Source of the DNA: Opitutus sp. GAS368 | GTDB lineage: Bacteria > Verrucomicrobiota > Verrucomicrobiia > Opitutales > Opitutaceae | DNA: 64,000 nucleotides | Reading direction: 5' to 3' | Assembly: GCA_945861645.1 (NCBI GenBank) | Contig: CAMAVZ010000001.1 | Location: 32,001 to 96,000, forward strand | Part shown: in pieces, positions 58,694 to 64,000 of the stretch | Layout of the letters: every line of letters begins with the position of its first letter | Numbering within the stretch: position 1 is the stretch's first letter | Position numbers and translations under genes: made by a program | Notes under the pieces: generated by a model | Told to the model about the DNA's origin: nothing | Database searches by the model: none | What the model saw: the letters and a program-made list of their open reading frames with translations, nothing else

Positions 58694-59680
58694 TTATTTA
58701 CGTAAAGCATAGAGGGCCTGAAACTTCTGGCCCATGTTGGCGGGGTGCATCAGCTGCATCAGCATGCGCTTTCTCGGACTGAAACTGCTCGTCTCGGTGG
58801 TGGTTATGTGAGCGAGCACCTTGGCGGCATGGGCCATGAAAAAACTTTCTTGGGAGTCGACGCGAGTTTCCCCGAAACCGGCGCGGACTAGGCCATCTTC
58901 GAGCCAATCCCAGCAAATATGACAGGTGAGATCTTGTTTGCCAGGCCGCGCGAGGAGGTCGTTGCCCATTTTTTGGCGGTGGTAGGTGCGGCCGGTGCCG
59001 CTGGGGAGGTGTTCCGCGAGCTCAGGCCAGAATTTCCCGTAATCGAAGGCGATGAATAGCCCCTTCCAGTTGGGTCCAATGATGCGCTCTAAGATCGGAA
59101 TAGTGCGCAGGGGCATATCGATGTGATAATTTTCCTCCGACTGTTTGGGGAGACGGTCGGTGTGGGCCGCGAGTTCAGGGGTTAATTCCGGTAACTCCAC
59201 TTCCCGCAAGGTGCGGCCCGCTAAGGCGACGCCTAGCTCGCGCCAGCGCCCTTGGCGCCAGACAACCCGGTGAAAGGGTTGGGCATCGAAGAGTTCATTG
59301 GAAAAAACCACCGCGTTGGGCGGGAGGACAAAGGGCTGGCCGAGGGCAATGATCTGATAACTGCCAAAGGGGTGGGCGAGGTTCCGTAAAATGCCGCCGC
59401 CGGGTTCGGCGCCGATCTCAACAAACACAAAATCTGCCGGCTGGGCGGGGGCCAGCAGCTTAACGACCGCGGCGATCACGAGCTCGCCAAAGATCGGACT
59501 AAAGGTTGTAGAGGTGAAGAAATCCGCTTTGTCATCGCGGCCGACGCGCTTGAAGTTACGGGTGTAATAGCCCGCGGTCGGGTGATACATGGCCAGCTCC
59601 ATGAAGCGGGCAAAAGACACGCCAGTGGCCGCCGTTGGCTCAGTAGCAAAGATTTCAAAAAAGTCGGAGGAGGAACCCAT
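58694..59680 (-). CDS. MidA/NDUFAF7-family SAM-dependent methyltransferase
   Basis: SFARFME.A.Y.P..GYY, DFFTS, VEIGA..G, FSNELFDA.P, FDYG, PGKQDLT.H, MG.KF. Confidence 0.9.
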   Translation of the reverse strand: MGSSSDFFEIFATEPTAATGVSFARFMELAMYHPTAGYYTRNFKRVGRDDKADFFTSTTFSPIFGELVIAAVVKLLAPAQPADFVFVEIGAEPGGGILRNLAHPFGSYQIIALGQPFVLPPNAVVFSNELFDAQPFHRVVWRQGRWRELGVALAGRTLREVELPELTPELAAHTDRLPKQSEENYHIDMPLRTIPILERIIGPNWKGLFIAFDYGKFWPELAEHLPSGTGRTYHRQKMGNDLLARPGKQDLTCHICWDWLEDGLVRAGFGETRVDSQESFFMAHAAKVLAHITTTETSSFSPRKRMLMQLMHPANMGQKFQALYALRK

Positions 59681-59778
59681 TTGCCAATAGAGGCAAATGT
59701 GCCCACTGAAAGCCATGACCAAACTATTTTTCGCGCAATTGCGGTCTGGGGCTAATCCCTGACCCGCCGTCCCCTGTT

Positions 59779-61038
59779 ATGTTTAAACGTATATTCTTCC
59801 TCGGGGCAGCAGTTTTGGCCAGTTATGGCCTCGGCCAATACGTGGCACACTCCGGGGCGCCCAGTTGGTGGCCGGACCGCACGCGGGACCAAAGCGTGCG
59901 CTATTATCGGGAGGTGATACAATTAGTGCAGGCAGGTTACGTGGGGCAGGCGCCTGCCGACTACGAGGAGCTCACCCGGGCAGCCCTTGAGGGCATGGTC
60001 AAGACTCTCGACCCGCATTCGCAATTTCTGCGGGCTGATGCTTTTCAGGAAACCGAGGATGAGTTAACGAATGCATTTGGTGGGGTGGGCATTCAGGTGG
60101 AACAGCGGGATGGGCAAATCGTCATTGTCACGCCAATCGCGGGCACGCCGGCTGAACGCGCGGGGATGTGGCGCGGGGATCGCCTGCTGCAAATTAATGG
60201 GGCCGTCTTAAAAAATCCGACGGTGGATAAAATTATCAAGCTGGTGCGCGGTGCACCCGAGACCGAGGTGGCCTTGACCGTTTTTCGCCCCAGTCAAAAT
60301 CGCAGTCTGGAATTTAAGCTCAAGCGGGAGCGCATTCAGCTCAATAGCGTCCGCAACGCCGCTCATCACGCCGGCGGGATTGGCTATCTAGCGATTACCC
60401 AATTTAGCGAACGCACGGGCGATGAATTCAAGGCGGCGTTGACGGGCCTCGAGGCTGTGGGCTTACGGGCTTTGGTGATCGACCTACGCAATAATCCCGG
60501 CGGCTTGCTCGATGCGGCCATCGCCGTCTGCAACGAGTTTTTTGAACGCGATGAGCTCATCGTTTATACGCAAGGGCGCACGCCGGAGTCGCGGGAGAAT
60601 TTTAAAGCGGATGGTCGGCACGTGCGCCGGACTTATCCCATGGCGATTCTCGTCAACGGCGACACGGCCAGCGCTGCCGAGATTGTTGCGGGGGCCATGA
60701 AAGATACGCGGCGAGCGTTCATTGTGGGCGAGAAAACCTTTGGTAAGGGTTCAGTCCAAAGTGTGATACCGTTGCGCCAGGGCGAAGGGTTGCGGCTGAC
60801 GACAGCGCGTTATTATACGCCGAGTGGCATTACGATTCATGAGCGCGGCATTACCCCGCAGGTCGAACTGGAAATTTCCGCGGAAGATGAAGCCAAGTTG
60901 CGCGTGCAACACACGCGACTTGATCTGACGGCGGCCGCGGAATTTCATGAGCGGTTGGGCTTTGCGCGCATCGAGGATTGGCAACTCAACGCGGCGGAGG
61001 AAGTGCTGGCGGGGGTGCTCGTGGCGCAGAAAAAATGA
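59779..61038 (+). CDS. S41 family C-terminal processing peptidase
   Basis: LDPHS, PDZ GGVGI..GTPAERAG, IDLRNNPGG, TASAAE (Ser), TFGKGSVQ (Lys), TTARYYTPSG. Confidence 0.95.
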   Translation: MFKRIFFLGAAVLASYGLGQYVAHSGAPSWWPDRTRDQSVRYYREVIQLVQAGYVGQAPADYEELTRAALEGMVKTLDPHSQFLRADAFQETEDELTNAFGGVGIQVEQRDGQIVIVTPIAGTPAERAGMWRGDRLLQINGAVLKNPTVDKIIKLVRGAPETEVALTVFRPSQNRSLEFKLKRERIQLNSVRNAAHHAGGIGYLAITQFSERTGDEFKAALTGLEAVGLRALVIDLRNNPGGLLDAAIAVCNEFFERDELIVYTQGRTPESRENFKADGRHVRRTYPMAILVNGDTASAAEIVAGAMKDTRRAFIVGEKTFGKGSVQSVIPLRQGEGLRLTTARYYTPSGITIHERGITPQVELEISAEDEAKLRVQHTRLDLTAAAEFHERLGFARIEDWQLNAAEEVLAGVLVAQKK

Positions 61039-61112
61039 TCAGCTTGTACTCATTCTGCCGCGGAGTGGGCTTGCGCGCCTCGCCTCGTCTCCACCAAATT
61101 AACGACTAATCG

Positions 61113-62153
61113 ATGATTCTGGCGTTTGAAAGTTCCTGCGATGAGACCGCCGTTGCCTTGTTTGATCCGGGCTACGGCTTGGTGGGCGAGTGGGTGCATA
61201 GTCAAATCACATTGCATGAAATTTATGGTGGCGTGGTCCCCGAGCTCGCCAGTCGTGAACATTTGCAGAATTTTGGTCCGCTGTTGCAGTTGGCGCTTGC
61301 GCAGCAGCCGGCCTCGGCCGTTACCAAAATTGCCGTAACCGCCGGTCCTGGGTTAGCCGCGTGCCTTGCGATGGGTTTAGCCACCGCTAAAAGTCTTGGC
61401 CTGGCTTGGCAGATTCCCGTGGTGGGGGTGAATCACCTCCGGGCTCATGCCTTTTCGCCCTTCTTGGCTTTGCACGCCGCGCACCCCACCACGTTTGACT
61501 CCGAGTTGGCTCGCTTGCTCCCGCAGCTGGGTTTGCTGGTGTCTGGGGGTAATACAATTTTACTTTCCATCGATGAATCGCGGCGGATTAAATTATTAGC
61601 GACCACGCTGGATGATGCCGCGGGTGAAGCGCTGGATAAAGGCGCTAAACTCATGGGGCTCGGCTATCCGGGTGGACCCCAAGTAGAAAAATTGGCGGCG
61701 ACTGGGCAGGCAACGGCCTTTGAATTTCCCAAGGCGGTGGCGCAAAATGCTTCGCTGGAATTTAGTTTTTCCGGACTCAAGACGAGCCTGCGTTATCAAT
61801 TAGAAAAAATGCCCCCGGCCACCATTGAGCAACGGCGGCCTGATCTTTGTGCGAGTTATCAGCGGGCGGTTTTTGAGTCGCTGGTACGCAAGTCTCGGCT
61901 GGCGCTAGCGCGGGGTGCCTATCGCAGCTTTGGTTTGTCCGGGGGCGTGGCGAACAATCAGACGCTGCAGGCAGAATTGGGCAAGTTAGCGCGACAGCAG
62001 GGCGTCACTTTTTGCCGTGCCCAACCACCGCACACGGGCGATAATGCCGGCATGATCGCCTTCGCCGCTTGGGTGGAGCGGGAGGTCGGGGGGCTTAATG
62101 TATCCGGCCATGCGCTGGGCATTAACCCAAGCCAATCGCTCGTCGTGAAATAA
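61113..62153 (+). CDS. tsaD: tRNA threonylcarbamoyladenosine biosynthesis protein TsaD
   Basis: ILAFESSCDET, GGVVPELASREH, GPGL, NHLRAH, VSGGNT, DDAAGEA.DK, FSFSGLKT, GGVA.N, DNA.MIA. Confidence 0.95.
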   Translation: MILAFESSCDETAVALFDPGYGLVGEWVHSQITLHEIYGGVVPELASREHLQNFGPLLQLALAQQPASAVTKIAVTAGPGLAACLAMGLATAKSLGLAWQIPVVGVNHLRAHAFSPFLALHAAHPTTFDSELARLLPQLGLLVSGGNTILLSIDESRRIKLLATTLDDAAGEALDKGAKLMGLGYPGGPQVEKLAATGQATAFEFPKAVAQNASLEFSFSGLKTSLRYQLEKMPPATIEQRRPDLCASYQRAVFESLVRKSRLALARGAYRSFGLSGGVANNQTLQAELGKLARQQGVTFCRAQPPHTGDNAGMIAFAAWVEREVGGLNVSGHALGINPSQSLVVK

Positions 62154-62168
62154 AAAGCGCGCCGCGTT

Positions 62169-63998
62169 TCAGCGCCGCTTAACGCTCGGGCGGGCTAATT
62201 TTGCCCGGAGATACGGAGCGGTGGGGCTGCGCTTAACGTCTAATAAGTTGGCGAGTGGTCCTTGATAAATAATCTCGCCGCCGCGCGGTCCACCGCCGGG
62301 TCCGAGTTCGATGACGTAATCGGCTTCGGCCAGCAGATCGAGGTGATGTTCGATCACAATGACGCTATGGCCTTGCTCGACGAGATTGTGCAGCACGCGA
62401 ATGAGCTTTTCGCAGTCACTCAGATGCAGCCCGATGGTGGGTTCCTCGAGCAGGTAGAGATTGCGCACCGTGAGATCATGCGAGCGTTCGCGAAAGCTCG
62501 GCAGGCCTTTCGCTAATTCTGTGACGAGTTTTAGCCGCTGCGCTTCCCCGCCGGAGAGTGAGGGGCTGCTTTGGCCCAAGGTCAGGTAACCCAATCCGCA
62601 ATCGATCATCAGTCGGCACACTTGCGAGAGCTGCGAGTGGAAATCAAAAAAGAGGGCGGCCTCATCGAAGGATAGGCGGAGCACTTGGCCGATGGTTTTA
62701 TTTTTCCACGTAATGTCGGCTAGCTCTGGGCTATAGCGGGAGCCGTTGCAGTCATCGCAGGGCAGATAAGAATCTGGCATGAAGGCCATTTCCAATTTGA
62801 TCCGGCCGGCTCCAGAGCAAGTCGCGCAACGGCCGCCCGCGGTATTGAAGGAAAAACGGCTGGCCGTGTAACCGCGCAGTTTGGACTCGGGGAGCGTCGC
62901 AAAAAATTGTCGAATGAGATCAAAAATTCCGAGATAAGTTGCCGGCGTGGAACGCGGGGTCTTGCCGATGGGGTTTTGGTCAACCTCGATGACCGCCTTG
63001 AATTTACTGACTCCCGTGAGTTGGGCAAAAGGCGGCGCCGGGTTGGCGGGCGTATTTTTGGCCTCCGCCGCAAATTTCGCCCAACGTACAAAATCTTTGC
63101 CGGTAAGCTTAGCTTTACGGTTTTGAATCGCGCAGTTCACCGCGGGGTCGAGAATATCGCGAAAGAGGGTCGATTTTCCCGCGCCGCTGGGACCGCAGAC
63201 CATGACGAGTCGACCGAGGGGCAGGCGCAGCGATTGGTTGCGCAGATTGCGATAGGTTATCCCCTTTAATTCCAGCCAGGCGACTGGGGCCGTGGGGGGC
63301 GCTGGCTGGCTCGCGGGACGTCGGCCCGCCAGTTTGATTAATTCTAGAGGGCGATATGCGCCGCGCAGCGGGTGGGTGATGCCTTGCTTGAGGTAACGCC
63401 CAGTGAGTGAGGCGGCATTTTTTTTAAGTTGAGCGGGCGAATCGTTAGCCAGGACGGCGCCGCCGTGAATCCCCGCCCCGGGCCCGAGGTCGATAATCCG
63501 ATCAGCTCGTTTCATGAGGCCATCGTCATGTTCAACTACCAGGAGGGTATTCCCTTTGGCCCGCAGGGCTTCCAGCGTAGCGATGAGTTGATCATTATCG
63601 CGGGCGTGCAGTCCGATCGAAGGTTCATCGAGCACATAGAGCACCCCGGAGAGATTGGAGCCGAGCTGGGCCGCGAGACGAATGCGCTGGGCTTCTCCGC
63701 CCGAGAGGGTTTCGGTGGGTCGATCGAGTTCGAGATAATCAAGACCCACCGATCCAAGAAAACGGAGACGTTCGGCAATTTGCGGAATGATGTCTTGCGT
63801 GATGAGGCGGCCGCGGGCTTCGAGTTGCAGATTGCGCAGGGTGGCGAGCAACTGATCGGGCGTGAGCCGGCTTAAGGCGGGCAGCGTGATGGGGTCACCT
63901 TTTTTTAGCGGTAACTTGACGGCCCGCGCGATGCGGCTGAGGCGTTCGCCCTGACAAGTGGGGCAGAGTTGACCGTCGGCGGACGGATCATCGGGGTC
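62169..63998 (-). CDS. uvrA: Excinuclease ABC subunit A, 3' part (5' end lies beyond the window)
   Basis: Frame is open to the window edge (CPTCQGERL zinc finger), LSGGEAQRIRLA..DEPSIGLH, GPSGAGKS, PIGKTPRS.PATY, FSFN..GRC..C.G, second LSGGEAQR. Confidence 0.96.
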   Translation of the reverse strand, partial: DPDDPSADGQLCPTCQGERLSRIARAVKLPLKKGDPITLPALSRLTPDQLLATLRNLQLEARGRLITQDIIPQIAERLRFLGSVGLDYLELDRPTETLSGGEAQRIRLAAQLGSNLSGVLYVLDEPSIGLHARDNDQLIATLEALRAKGNTLLVVEHDDGLMKRADRIIDLGPGAGIHGGAVLANDSPAQLKKNAASLTGRYLKQGITHPLRGAYRPLELIKLAGRRPASQPAPPTAPVAWLELKGITYRNLRNQSLRLPLGRLVMVCGPSGAGKSTLFRDILDPAVNCAIQNRKAKLTGKDFVRWAKFAAEAKNTPANPAPPFAQLTGVSKFKAVIEVDQNPIGKTPRSTPATYLGIFDLIRQFFATLPESKLRGYTASRFSFNTAGGRCATCSGAGRIKLEMAFMPDSYLPCDDCNGSRYSPELADITWKNKTIGQVLRLSFDEAALFFDFHSQLSQVCRLMIDCGLGYLTLGQSSPSLSGGEAQRLKLVTELAKGLPSFRERSHDLTVRNLYLLEEPTIGLHLSDCEKLIRVLHNLVEQGHSVIVIEHHLDLLAEADYVIELGPGGGPRGGEIIYQGPLANLLDVKRSPTAPYLRAKLARPSVKRR

Positions 63999-64000
63999 GA

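Overview
A roughly 60% GC bacterial core-chromosome window with about 56 densely packed CDSs. I found no rRNA, tRNA, CRISPR array, transposase or prophage. Gene content and protein style (RNase HIII, caa3 oxidase cluster, sulfatase, DUF1080, leaders without Shine-Dalgarno sites) suggest Verrucomicrobiota, probably Opitutaceae; this is inference. Main blocks: dnaE, rpsU, mutY, tandem rnhC-rnhB, ligA; an SLC13/cysK divergon; a complete caa3-type cytochrome c oxidase cluster with azurin and copper/heme assembly genes (20.5-31.3 kb); a minus-strand run def-pduO-DUF6580-lipA-phoD-TBDT-amn; mnmA; gap-pgk-tpi; murJ; rpmB; ctpA-tsaD; and the 3' part of uvrA. The best candidate for an undescribed system is the gene pair at 42131-45190. 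It looks like a divergent MotAB/ExbBD-type ion-driven motor whose B subunit carries a long coiled coil ending in a degenerate trypsin-like domain. Other notable items are a eukaryote-type PGK, a euglenozoan/spirochaete-type GAPDH, a LigA with a signal-peptide-like leader, and a two-helix insertion in oxidase subunit III. All family calls come from motif recognition by eye; no database searches were run.
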